A stretch of 63,984 nt of DNA, filler included, from Basidioascus undulatus (taxonomy: Eukaryota), in the NCBI GenBank assembly GCA_000826855.1. It is 10 parts of 10 records of this genome, joined end to end, with 100 filler letters (N's around TTAATTAATTAA, not from the genome) between each part and the next. Parts side by side here need not be neighbours in the genome. Positions count along the whole stretch, not along the records: positions 32,107 to 54,872 come from JTLS01000287.1; positions 54,973 to 57,193 come from JTLS01002869.1; positions 57,294 to 59,514 come from JTLS01002870.1; positions 59,615 to 61,834 come from JTLS01002871.1; 6 more parts are not named here. One strand, written 5' to 3'. Each line of letters opens with the position of its first letter. The stretch's first letter is position 1. The position numbers and the translations under genes are program-made. This document shows positions 50,734 through 61,934 of the stretch, in pieces. The notes below the pieces were generated by a model, which was not told where the DNA came from, ran no database searches, and saw only the letters and a list, made by a program, of their open reading frames with translations.

Positions 50734-53700
50734 CGTGCGAGTGACGTGGAGGACGGTAAGGGAGGGAGGAGAGAGAGGTACGGTAAGGGAGGAAGGAGAG
50801 AGAGGTGCGGAACAGTCGATCGAGATCCGCAAGCCGGTTTATAAAGGATACGAGCAGAGCGAGACGGAGGGACGAAAAGTGAGCACGACACCGATGTGAG
50901 AAGCTGTCGCTTAAAAGTGGCGCAATGGCTGCTTCTCGAGCCTGAGGGGCCACAGAACTGACAGCGGAATCATGCGGTCCGATACTCCCTGTTTAGAGAA
51001 GAACACAGCCAAGGTTGCAGCGACGATGACGAGCAACGATGCGGCGAAGGCGTGCTCGCACGCTGCCGCGCTTCCTACCGGCGCACTCCGCTCTCTCCGA
51101 TCCTTTTCTCGATCGTTACTCAACGTTACTTCTGAACAAGGCACTAGCGGGATCAGACTGCAGACCTGATGATGCATGGCGGTCTTCTTCTCATCTTGTC
51201 CTGGGCTTGTGCATCATGGGTGTTCCTTGGGTGTGCCTGGCGAAGGAAGAACAAAGATGTGTCACATTCGCGCGCAGTTATCGCTTATTTTCGCGAGAAG
51301 CACATGGGCCGCACTTCCAGCCTGTACTTGCATATGCAAACAACGCCTATGAAAATGCTCTGATTTCAATCAGCAACTTCCTGCACAGCCGGCGGTCAAG
51401 CGCAGCAGCGGGACCAATGCGCGACGATGGTGTGCTCGTGCAACCGTGCATCTGGCGCTGTCTTGTCGCCTTGAGAGTCGAGCATGTGCCTTGTTGTACC
51501 GAAGCCTTAAAGTCGGCTTCAAATATAAAGAAGATCTCGCTTGCGCCATGTTGACATTTATGCGAAGTTCTGCAGTTCCCCGCGGGACGCCCCGGGCCGT
51601 CCAGGCCAGGGCTCAAAATGTACAGCGACAGAAGGGCGTTCAACCCTGTTCTCGCCTTTTCAGACTGTTGCGGTCCAGAACCTGTCACCAACTAAATCTA
51701 ACAGCATATTCTAGGGTGCTGTTATGATCAACACGGAGCCAAGAACATTAGGATACGGACATCGGTCGGCTGCGAGGTGGAGTACGCAAGTCGCGAGACA
51801 GTCAGCGAAAAACTGTCGAACGTGATGTCACTCAGGCTGGATGAAATTGATCGACAGACCGGCGCAGAGCGGCGTTGTACGAAGCGATTAGGCGGGACAT
51901 GGCCAATGGGAATCAGGATTCAATTAGGCGAGAGCACAAGGGTATATTAGCTGTCTACGGAACAGAAGTGAGCATCTATGGGAGGATCCGAAGTCGTAGC
52001 GCGATGCGATGTGAAAACGGTCAAGGAAGACAACCGTGCCGGATGATCGTTTCCGTGCGGTGTGGACAGCAATAGCGGTTGTCGCGAGTTCGCTATCACC
52101 GAAAGGCCAGGACTGGCCATGCTTGAAGCTGACCAAGTTCTGTCAGAATGATTGTATGCTTTACAGGAAAAGTCCGGGTGCAGCATAAAAGGACGCATCA
52201 TGGAGATGTGACTTGCACAGACAGTGCCCAGGGATTTGAAGTCGGACTGTGGGCAACGAAAAACAACAACGGAGCTCATCCACGGTCTTGCGGTTGTCCC
52301 CGGAAGCTCCCAGTTTTTCCTCCACACCGCCGGGTCGGTCTTGCGCGGATCGCTCGGCCGTCACTGATAATGCCGGTGCCCCTGTCAGCGTGCCGCCGGC
52401 GCCCGAGGTATGTGTATGCCTGGGACCCCACGTGAAAATCAGTCAGCATGAAACCGCCATGCTTCTCCGAGCCCCTTGCGCAAACATCCGAGGCCTTGCA
52501 AGCCAAACACAATTCTCATGAAGCAAAGCTAAGCTTCACAAAAATGGCTGCATCGCGTATGGCCGGAAATGGGTGTCTGCAAAGCACTACTGAAGCGCAA
52601 TAATCGAGCCTCGACTCGACGCCCAGGCTATATTTGGAGGTTAGCTTGCTTCAACCTGCTGTTGGTCTATTACCGACCAGGCCGGGTGTCGTACGCCCGT
52701 TACCGCACATGCTCAAGTTCAAAAAAAAAGCGCGACTCGCGCGGTGCGCGCGGAAGACAACTTGCGACGCGTATCGCGCCGTCGCCCGTCGAGCTGTGCA
52801 GGTTTTCATGTGCTCGCGGTCCCTGCGGTGTACCAGCGTAGATGCCCTTGAAACGAGAACAGCCGGTCAGAGCTATGCAGTTTGTTGGGGGCTGTTGGGC
52901 TCCGGCTGGGGATGTCGCCGTGTTGGGCGGTGAAGATGTTGCCTACATCGGCTGATTCGAGGCGAAGACTACTGCCCGGCGCCGAAGGCCGCCGTGGACA
53001 TGTAACACTGTCGCGTCACCGCGGCCGCAAAATGCTGTGCCGTGTAATGGGTGTACTCTCAGCATGTTGAACGCTGGCAACGTAGCGTTCGATGCGGCAA
53101 GCATGTGAGAACGCCGCGGTTGTACAGTATCGTCAAAGGACTACACCGTGTAAGCGGAATCAATCCCGACCGATATGCAAATGTGGAACCCATACCCGGA
53201 TCGAGGGATGGCTGTCAGCAGACAAACGATTGAAGGATTGCATTACTGAACGTTGTGTTGGGGATCGGTGTGGAGGTTGCTTGCCTATCATTGCGTCTCC
53301 AATGGCCTACCTTCCGTTTGCTCAGTTAAATCAATGCTCCCACAGTGTTAATTCCGCCAAGTGAATCTCTACATCTTTCTCGTCCCTTCGTCTCCTGCGT
53401 TTGAAAGCAAACCACGTCCAGGGCCTGCCAGGCACACTGCGGCAACTTCTCGCGAACCGGCGGCGTTTCCGCGCTGACAATTGTCTCCGCGAGCTGGTCC
53501 CTCACGTTGACGGCCGCCACACGCCATGGATCACCCCACCTTGATCCGAGGCCGCCGAGCGAGTCCTCGGCTCTCCTCCACCACAAGATTGCTTGGTAAA
53601 ATGATGATGACTCGATAGTGAAAATTAAGTATCCGGCGTTTGTCTTCCGAGGTGGCACGACGCTCGCACGTCGGCGGTCTCGGCAGTGCCTGCACCGATG

Positions 53701-53995
53701 CCCGCCGCGCGTCCGTTCGGCCTGCATCATCGTCGCCGCGTCCGAGGCACGCAGCAGATCTTCGAGAGTCAGCCTTGACTGACTGATCAGACTTTCGCCC
53801 TCTCAACCCTCAACCACCACCATCTCCTTCGCCGAGTCATCCTCGTGTCGGGACGGCATATATATTCTCGGGACCCAGCACAAGCAGCAGCAGCTCCGAC
53901 GCCCACCTCCTCATCTGTACCGGCACAGCATTTCCACCGCCCTTGCTCGCTGCACCCATCTCCCTCTCTACCTACCCACCTCAACCTCATCAGCC

Positions 53996-54872
53996 ATGGT
54001 CGCCCCCTCACCAGTCGCCGCCAGCACCTCTCACGTCGCGCCACCGCGCGCGAGCAAGCCGCGCGTGGCCAAGCGCTCGTCGGGCGAGGCGTCTTCCTCA
54101 GCCCGCTATGCCGCTGCGAAGACGTTCGCCACGGGCTGCGCGGCGTTCGTCACCTCGTTGTTCGAGTGCCCGCCCCCAGTCGCAACGGCGACCAAGCCCG
54201 CGATCCCTCTGAACGAGTTCATCGCATACGCACTGTGAGTATTCGCTTTTAGCCATCTGGGAGGGTATCGCAGTCTCGCTGACGGGCTCCACTCGGACAG
54301 CTACCGCACTCGCCTCGACGAGTCCGTGGCGCTCTCCGCCCTCATCCTCCTCCAGCGCCTGAAGGCGCGGTATCCCCAAGCGCGCGGCTCTTCCGGACAC
54401 CGCCTGTGGCTCGCAGCAATCATGCTCGCCAACAAGATGGCAAACGATGACAGGCGAGTTTCCCTTCCTCGCTCTGCTGGGATGACTGCAGGCGGTGCAC
54501 AGACCATTCTGACTGACTTTTCCTCTTCTTTTATTAACAGCTTTACCAACGCCAGCTGGCACATTGCCTCGCAGCAGCTTTTCAGCCAGCGCGAAGTGAA
54601 CGCAGTCGAGCGCGAGCTCTTTGGGTGCGTCACTCTCTTGCCCCTGAACCTTTCCCTTCCAAAACGCATAACTGACTCTTCGATCCCCGTTTGCCCCCGT
54701 TTGCCCCCGTTTGCCCCCGTTTGCCCAACAGGTACCTGGAATATGACACCAACGTGACCGGCGAGGAGATCGAGCGCTTCGCCGCGAGCTTCGCTCTCTG
54801 GCGTCAGGCAGCGCTCACTCCGCCACCTGCTCCCGTCGCCCCCTCCCTCTTCTCCTCCTCCCCCTCCTCGCC
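53996..54872 (+). CDS. Pho85-type (Pcl-like) cyclin; 3' end at the gap
   Basis: PLNEFIAYAL/YRTRLDESVALSALILLQRLKARYPQARGSSGHRLWLAAIMLANKMANDD/SFTNASWHIASQQLFSQREVNAVERELFG/YLEYD. Confidence 0.88.
54685..54724 (+). repeat. Intronic tandem repeat (CCCCGTTTGC)x4
   Basis: Directly visible in cyclin intron 3. Confidence 0.9.
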
Positions 54873-55025
54873 NNNNNNNNNNNNNNNNNNNNNNNNNNNN
54901 NNNNNNNNNNNNNNNNTTAATTAATTAANNNNNNNNNNNNNNNNNNNNNNNNNNNNNNNNNNNNNNNNNNNNAATAAGGATTGCAATGCAGCTTGAATGG
55001 GAATGTGTAAGAGAGAGGACGCACG

Positions 55026-55233
55026 TCTCAACTAGGACTCCCAGCTCCTTCCACGCATGGCCGATCAAGCGCTCGAGGAGAAAGGACAGGGGGACCATCG
55101 AAGACTTGACCTCGGGCAGGAGGCCCATGTCTGCCTCTTCTACAGTCCCCACCCTCTCCGCTCCCGACTGCATCTTGCCCTTGCCAGGGGAGGGGTGGCG
55201 GCCGTTGGCGATGGCGGTGGTAGGGGCCGGCAT
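55026..55233 (-). CDS. MED14: Mediator subunit Med14 (Rgr1), first exon
   Basis: LLPEVKSSMVPLSFLLERLIGHAWKELGVLVET, followed by a GTGCGT donor and the contig gap. Confidence 0.65.
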
Positions 55234-55643
55234 GGATGAGGACGGGCAGGGGCGCGGTCAGGAGGGAGTCCGGGGCTGATGGGCCGCCATATACTGGGCG
55301 GGGAAGGTAGAGTGCCGTGTGCGCGATGGAATGGCGTATAATGAAGGTAAAAGGAGAAGACAGCGGTGTGCTCTGGAAATCGACTGCAGTCGAGCGAGTT
55401 GAGCAATTTAATATCCTATTGTAGGAGGACAAGGGCAAGACGCGCCTGGCGCACGGACAGCAAGTGAGCAATGTCGCGCCTGCAGCCCGAGTCTGAGATC
55501 CTTGTCCTCCTGCCCGCCCCTCCCACATACAAGCGGGTTAATAGCAGCTTCAGGCTGTATTAATTCATTCATCTTCACAAGCGACGAGGCTAGGTCTACG
55601 GCGCTCACGACCATCTTACGAGTGCGGTACTCGACTCGACGCG

Positions 55644-57193
55644 ATGGCCCTCCTCCGCCTCTTCCGCTCCCGCCGCGGCGACTCGTCCTCCCCCTCCTCT
55701 CCGCCCCCGCTCGTGCTCGACCTCAAGGCCGCAGCGGCGATGGTGCGCGGAAAGAAGTCCCGCAAGCAGCTGCAGCACGCGCGCGAGAACGAGCAGCCCA
55801 AGCCGCTGCTGCCGGAGCTCAAGGGGCTCGAGTTTGGCGAGGAGGCGAAGGAGAATGGGAAGGACGACGAGGGCGAGGGCGAGGGTGAGGCGCTCAAGGG
55901 AAGGGGTCTGGAGGAGCTGGAAAAGGAGCGGGTGATGCTGGACCAAGCGCAGGAAAAGGAGCTCGTCGAGCTATGCGTCCAGCAGCTCATGGAACGCGGT
56001 GCGTCTTCTCCCCACCCCATCTCCCCCCGACATGCTGAACGCCTTACCCTTGGTTGTTTCCAGGCCTCGACACCCTCGGCCTCCTCCGCCCATACCGCAT
56101 CTCCTCCTCCCGCGCCGCGCAGGCAAACCTCCTCCACCTGTTCCTCGCCCCGCACGCGCCCGAGACGCACCTCTCGCTCTCCTTCGAGGCCCCCGCGCCC
56201 GGGCCTGTCCGCCTCCGCCGCGAGCTCGCCTGGGCAGACGTGCACGATGTGGGCGAGCTCCTGCGCTGGGCACTGGCGCACGCGGGACAGCCCCTCGAGG
56301 CCAAGGCGAAGGAGGAGGTCCTTAACCTCGTGTCGTGCGTGCTCTGTTTCCGATTCGGGCGAAAGGGAACTACCACTGAGGGCTTCTCCACCCAAGACAG
56401 GTCGGTGGCAGCCCACTCGGAGCATAATGCCATGTCCGGCATCCGCCTCGCGCGCTCGCTCGGGTACAGCGTCCTCGGCTCCCGCCCGTCCTCGTCCTCC
56501 TTCACCGACGTCTACTCGACCTGGTGCACCGCCGCCGACGCCTTCCAGGACTCATTCCTCGCCTTCCTCTCCACCCAGTCAGGCCTCCCCTCACCCTCCT
56601 CCCCTCCTCCCTCACTAACCCCTCCCCATCCCCCCACAGAGCGCAGTCCCAGCGCCTGCCCGTGCGCCTCTCAGAGCTCCTCGCGCACCCGCCCGCACCC
56701 AGGCAACTCCCGCTCCTCGTCGTCGAGCTCGACCTCCACTACAGCACGCCCGCAGTCCGCCCAGCGCCGCACGACCCGCTCGCGCTCTTCGCGCGCGCGG
56801 TCGGCGCAGACGTGCCCGTCACCGAGGGCGGCGAGTGGGACGCGTGGACGCGCGTCAAGGCTGCGGGGGTGGAGGGCGCGATTGACGAAGAGTGGCGCCG
56901 CATCTGCGGGCTCGTCTTCCCCCCCTCGTCGGCGGATGACGCTGCGACGGCGGAAGAGGACGAGGAGCTCCTCTCCCCCGCGTCCCTCTACCCGCCCAAG
57001 AGGGTCCACAGCCGCCGGCGCTCCTCGTCCTTCGGGAACCTCGCCCCCTCCCCCGCCTCGCCGCGCTCGTTCGGCTCGCCCAACTTCGGCGCGTCCATGC
57101 CCGCGCTTGCGCCCGTCGGGGAGGGCGACGACGCCGATGCCAACGCCGACGCCAACGCCAACGGCGGCGGGGACGAGTGGGCGGGCTTCTCCA
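55644..57193 (+). CDS. Msb1/Mug8 (DUF1708, RhoGAP-like) domain protein; 3' end at the gap
   Basis: KELVELCVQQLMERG/LDTLGLLRPYR, DVHDVGELLRWAL, SVAAHSEHNAMSGIRLARSLG, VYSTWCTAADAFQDSFLAFL, LPVRLSELL. Confidence 0.7.
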
Positions 57194-57293
57194 NNNNNNN
57201 NNNNNNNNNNNNNNNNNNNNNNNNNNNNNNNNNNNNNTTAATTAATTAANNNNNNNNNNNNNNNNNNNNNNNNNNNNNNNNNNNNNNNNNNNN

Positions 57294-58062
57294 GGAGACA
57301 GCAGGGGCGGGCGCGGGCGCGGGCGCCAGGATAGATGGTGGTGGTGGGATGAAAGACTCCGGCTCGAGCGGCGGAGTAGGTGAGGGTGTGGATATCCGCG
57401 GTGGGGGTGCTGATTCTGCATCGAGCCGGGTTGATCGGACGGAAGCTAAGCCACGCGGGAAGGAAGCAAGCAAGCGAGAAGACCACTCACCGTCCGGCAC
57501 ATGGAATCCGATGAGCCTCGGACTCGACCCGCCCATGCAGCGCCGGTACGTGCGCACGACCTCGTGCAAGAAGAAGACCTGCTCGCCTGCGCGGTCGGTC
57601 GTCCAGCGGTAGGTCTTGCCGAGGGTGATGTTGAAGCATGTCGGCTGCTCGGTGAACAGCAGTGTGAGCGTCGGGGGAGGGAGTGATGAGGGGGATTCGG
57701 ATATACGCACAGTGAGGACTTCTAGTGCACGCAGGTCGTGCAAGTTCCATGACTTTCCGATGGAGAAAGTACCGTTGCTGTTGCGCTTGGACTTGTGGAT
57801 CCTCGCCCTCCCGCCCGCCTTCGCTGTGTCCCCCCGGCTCTCACTCCTCAGCCGCCTCGCCTTCCATCCTGCTGATTCCATATAGCTACTCACACGCCAG
57901 AAGGATATATCGCGGCTTGGGCTCAGCAGGCGCGCCCGACGAGGACACCTGGTCCTCGAGCACCTTGATGTGGGTGATGTACGTCTCGTCCCCGCTCGCC
58001 GGGAAGCACGACGCGATGATCGCCTGTGACGTCGCTCCGTCGGGAGGCGTAGGTGTCGCCAT
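57294..58062 (-). CDS. SEC3: Exocyst subunit Sec3, N-terminal PIP2-binding PH domain; partial
   Basis: ETYITHIKVLED..KPRYILLA/..RIHKSKRNSNGTFSIGKSWNLHDLRALE/..FNITLGKTYRWTT. Confidence 0.9.
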
Positions 58063-58659
58063 TGTCGACCAATAACGCCCGTAAAAGAAGAGAAGGGCGG
58101 GATGGGCTAAGAGTCGCTGCGATGGTGAGCGAAGGGTGAGCCATAGGGAGCAGCCAGGGCGCGGCGGTGACGCGCCGCCGGCGCCGCACTCCGCGGACGT
58201 GCCGGACGTCGACTGTGATACGAGTTTCAATGGCGAGGATGCATCGGCCAACAACACTCAAACTGACGCCTTAGGTGTCGCTTAGGAGTAAAAACATCAT
58301 GCTCCCATTTGGAATGCATTCATTGAAGGTCGATCATGTATGACACCCAAAGCTTCAGGAGGCTCGACTGCGCTCTGGATGCTGAACTTCAATGAACTTC
58401 CAATCCAGCTTGCTGTAAGCAGGTACTCTTGCCTTACTGTAACATGCGCAACAGCCACGGGTGTTACAGTGGACACTCAAAGCTTCAGCATTCGATTGCA
58501 ACTCTACAGGCATGCTGCCATTCATCCATTGAGGGCACCCAGCTCACCTACCGGACATGTTGGGCGAGCCTCGCACGCAAGCATGGCAGCGACACGCTGT
58601 GAGAGCTTCCCACTGTCGGGACGGGGAGGGACGTTTGTGTACTGGGGCAAGGAGAGGAT

Positions 58660-58955
58660 TCGGGGAGGGGGGAAGAACGGCTCTAGCGGTGGAGCAGTGT
58701 GGGCGTAAGAATCCACGATGGGGAATCGAATCGGGATCAAGTCGAGTGAACGGTACAGTAGATGAGCAAAGCTCAGCGTGTCGGGCTTTCTCGCGGGTAG
58801 AGCAAGAGAGAACCTGCACGGATTCAGGTCTTCTCTCCAGATTCTGTTGAAGCACCTGTACGTGCGCACAACCTCACGCAGAAGGTCTGCTCACCCCCGC
58901 GGTCTTTCGTCCACCGGTTCATCTTGCCTAGCGTATTGTTGAAGTACGTCGGCTG
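58660..58955 (-). pseudogene. Diverged partial duplicate of SEC3 exons 3-4
   Basis: QPTYFNNTLGKMNRWTKDRGGEQTF versus SEC3 QPTCFNITLGKTYRWTTDRAGEQVF. Nucleotide similarity continues through GAGGTTGTGCGCACGTAC and CCACCGCTAGAGCCG; frameshifted. Confidence 0.8.
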
Positions 58956-61561
58956 CGTGGAGAAACCCCAAGCAAGGAGAGAGCAGCGAGGCAACGTCGA
59001 AGCATGAGAGGCAATGCATGCGCGCGACAACCCCTCACTTCAGTCCTCGTCGGTCTCGTAGGTGTCCGAATCATAATGATCTGCTCGCTTGAGCATGAGG
59101 GGGTAGTAGTAGGAAAATTGTGCCAGCGCATCATTCCGCGTCGACGCTTGTCGAGTGGACACCAGATTGACGATGGAATGTGACAAAAGCTCTGGTAAAA
59201 GTACGCCAAAGTATCCATAGCGAGAAGTCCAATTCCACAGACCTCGTGGGAATCCACTTGAAGTAGAACGAAGGACGCGGAATACGCATGGTGGGCCAAG
59301 GGTGGGCTGACCATCGGCCCGAGCCGACATAATGGATTAAAGATTTTTTCAAAAAAGGGTGGGCTGACTCTGCTGCCCTGAAACATGAGTGGCTTCAAGG
59401 GTATGCTTTTCAGAGTTCCCCGTGTAAGTGCATCAAACAAGATTCTACACATAGCGGCACTTAAAACAGACCAAACGAGGACAGGACAACTCTGCAACAT
59501 GCATCCCGCAGTGCNNNNNNNNNNNNNNNNNNNNNNNNNNNNNNNNNNNNNNNNNNNNTTAATTAATTAANNNNNNNNNNNNNNNNNNNNNNNNNNNNNN
59601 NNNNNNNNNNNNNNCATCCCATCCATCCCATCTTCTCCCATCCACACACACACTCTGCGTTCTTGGGCGCTCCGCTTTATGATATTCTAGTACCAGGTCG
59701 CAATCGTCGTCGTACCCTCATTGTTCTTTTTGGGTCAGCATGATCATCTTACAAACCACCACCCCCTCTCCCACACCCCTCCATGGCGATCTTGATATCA
59801 TGACTCCGATTATCCACTCGCAAATCCTACATTCCACATCCACCTAGGTCTATGATGGACTCGTTAATGCACAGTGTTGCTTGAACGCTGGGATGAGTGG
59901 GTCAGGTCGGGTTGCAGGGTGCGAGTGAAGCTGATTTGAATGCTGTCTTTGCTGTTATGTGCGTTATCAATCGTGATGCTTCTCGCTGCAGATTTTATTC
60001 TAGATATGAGCGTCCGCAAGAAAGGTGTTTTAAGCACCCAGTTTCTGTGGGGGACACGGGACATCGCATTTTTGGTCTCAGTGTCCGTTGCGCAGGCACA
60101 GCCTTTAACTGGTCGCCTGCTCGTCGCCAGGAGCAATAGGTGGTTGTCGAGATCACGAAGAAAATGAAGGACTACATTTCTGGGCTCCCCCTTTTTGCCT
60201 TGACGTGGAAAGCCCTCTCGCGCCATGACCGCCAATGTCGGCGACCGCAGTGGAGGGAAGCTTGGTGATGGCGGAGATCTGAGCGGGAGGTGAGAGGCTG
60301 CCGTGTTTGATATGTGCTTTCAGTATTGAATTGCTTCTTGTGTGAATGGAAGTCTTCTCTCATGTCTGAAGGCAGTGTCAGGGTGCAGTGTAACGAGGTT
60401 GAAGTGTAGTGTGAGAGGAAGAGGTCGTGTGACTGCGGGTCTGTGACGCCACTTCGTTCCCCGTCTCCTGCTGTACAGTCGTCGAATGCATTAATTCAGT
60501 TTGATCTAAATGTGTTGATGTATGTCGCTGTGGGAGGCAAAGAAAGACCATCCAGCTTTTTTGAGATGTCCAGTCGAGAAAGGCGTTGTCGTTTCGACGT
60601 GGTTTCGGTGCGCGCCAGAGGATCGAAAGCTGACCCCGCACTCGACGTCGACCGCCGCCGCCGCTCGGTCGTCACGGTCATCCCCAGCGCGCGCTCTGCG
60701 TCTAATCTACGCCCACAGCTGCGTTATCAGGGCCCCAGCGTGTCCCAGAGCGCTCCTCTTCCTCTCGCCATCACCATCGCTGGCCATACCCCCGCGCGTT
60801 CCCCAAACACGGACACGGTGAGTCGCACCTCCAACCCGTCGGCACGGCTCGTCACGTTTGCTTTTCCCTCTCGCTCTGGGTTTGAGTTGGAGTTTGGGAG
60901 ATGTTTGAGGGCGGCCCACAAACACACATACCACCGTCATCTCCCATCATGCGCCCCCCGCCGGCCGCCATGAACGCCATCGCCGTTCCAGAGGCAAGGG
61001 ATGCTGGCTCTCGTCGCCAAGATTGGACCCGCTTTGGCACCGCGGTGGGACCGGCCCGAGGGATTCGGCTGCGCTCTTTCTCTGCTTTTGGGAAGAGGCA
61101 TACGGCGGGCTGGGTCCTGAGGGCTCTGCGATCAGGCGCGGTCAGGCTTCGCGGTGCCCAGGGCCTGCGTCGCTCGTTCTCCTCTCGTCCGACGTTCCTC
61201 GCTGCCTCTTCCCTTGCGGGCCGTGCCACCGATCCCGAAACGCCGAGCGCTCTGAGCTTGAGCGTTTATGCTAACGCGGACAGCTTCACGCGCTCGGAGA
61301 GTATCAGCACGCTGACGTACCGCACACATTTGATCTCGTTCTTCCCTCCCTTCAGCGCACCCCCAACCGAACGTTGCGCTCCCCTCCCTTGTTCCTCCCC
61401 CCGTGCACGCGACCTTCTTGTCCACCCCACCCTCCTCAGCCCCAAACTCTCCCCTGTGTTCCTCCTCCTCCCCACTCTTCCCCACATACGCCCCACACAC
61501 CCGCACACGACACCTACTCACATACGCACACCCACGCCGCACACGCACTCGCATACGCCAG

Positions 61562-61834
61562 CCGACTCTCCGGAGAGAGATCGGGCAGCAGCAGAAGCAC
61601 TAGAAGCCGGGATGGCTACGACGCTCTTCTGCCGAGCGCCCCCAGCGCCCGCCGACTCGTCCGACGACGACGACGCCGGCGGGGGCGGGGGCGGGGGCGC
61701 GCACGCGTTCCAGCAGCGGCTCGGGCGGACAGGCACCGCGGGCGAGGACGACCCGTCGTCCTTCGTCGTCTCGCAGCTGACGACGCGCAGCAACGTCGCG
61801 CTCTCGCGCCTCGGCCCGACCCTCCTCCCGCCCC
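61562..61834 (+). CDS. Exon of an unidentified protein, cut by the gap
   Basis: GC3-rich open frame after a CCAG acceptor: MATTLFCRAPP..GTAGEDDPSSFVVSQLTTRSNVALSRLGPTLLPP. Confidence 0.45.
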
Positions 61835-61934
61835 NNNNNNNNNNNNNNNNNNNNNNNNNNNNNNNNNNNNNNNNNNNNTTAATTAATTAANNNNNNNNNN
61901 NNNNNNNNNNNNNNNNNNNNNNNNNNNNNNNNNN

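Noticed and set aside
50900..53900. 3-kb stretch without a convincing gene as a hidden element
   Set aside because: No terminal repeats or recognisable protein motifs; adequately explained as the divergent regulatory region of the sulfate permease and cyclin genes (TATA-like boxes near 50840 and 53860).
32107..55233. MED13 and MED14 in one window as a Mediator gene cluster
   Set aside because: They lie on different contigs joined by a linker, so the co-occurrence is accidental.
60990..61045. Peptide MLALVAKIGPALA resembling an aldehyde dehydrogenase motif
   Set aside because: Too short, with no other ALDH motifs in the flanking frames.
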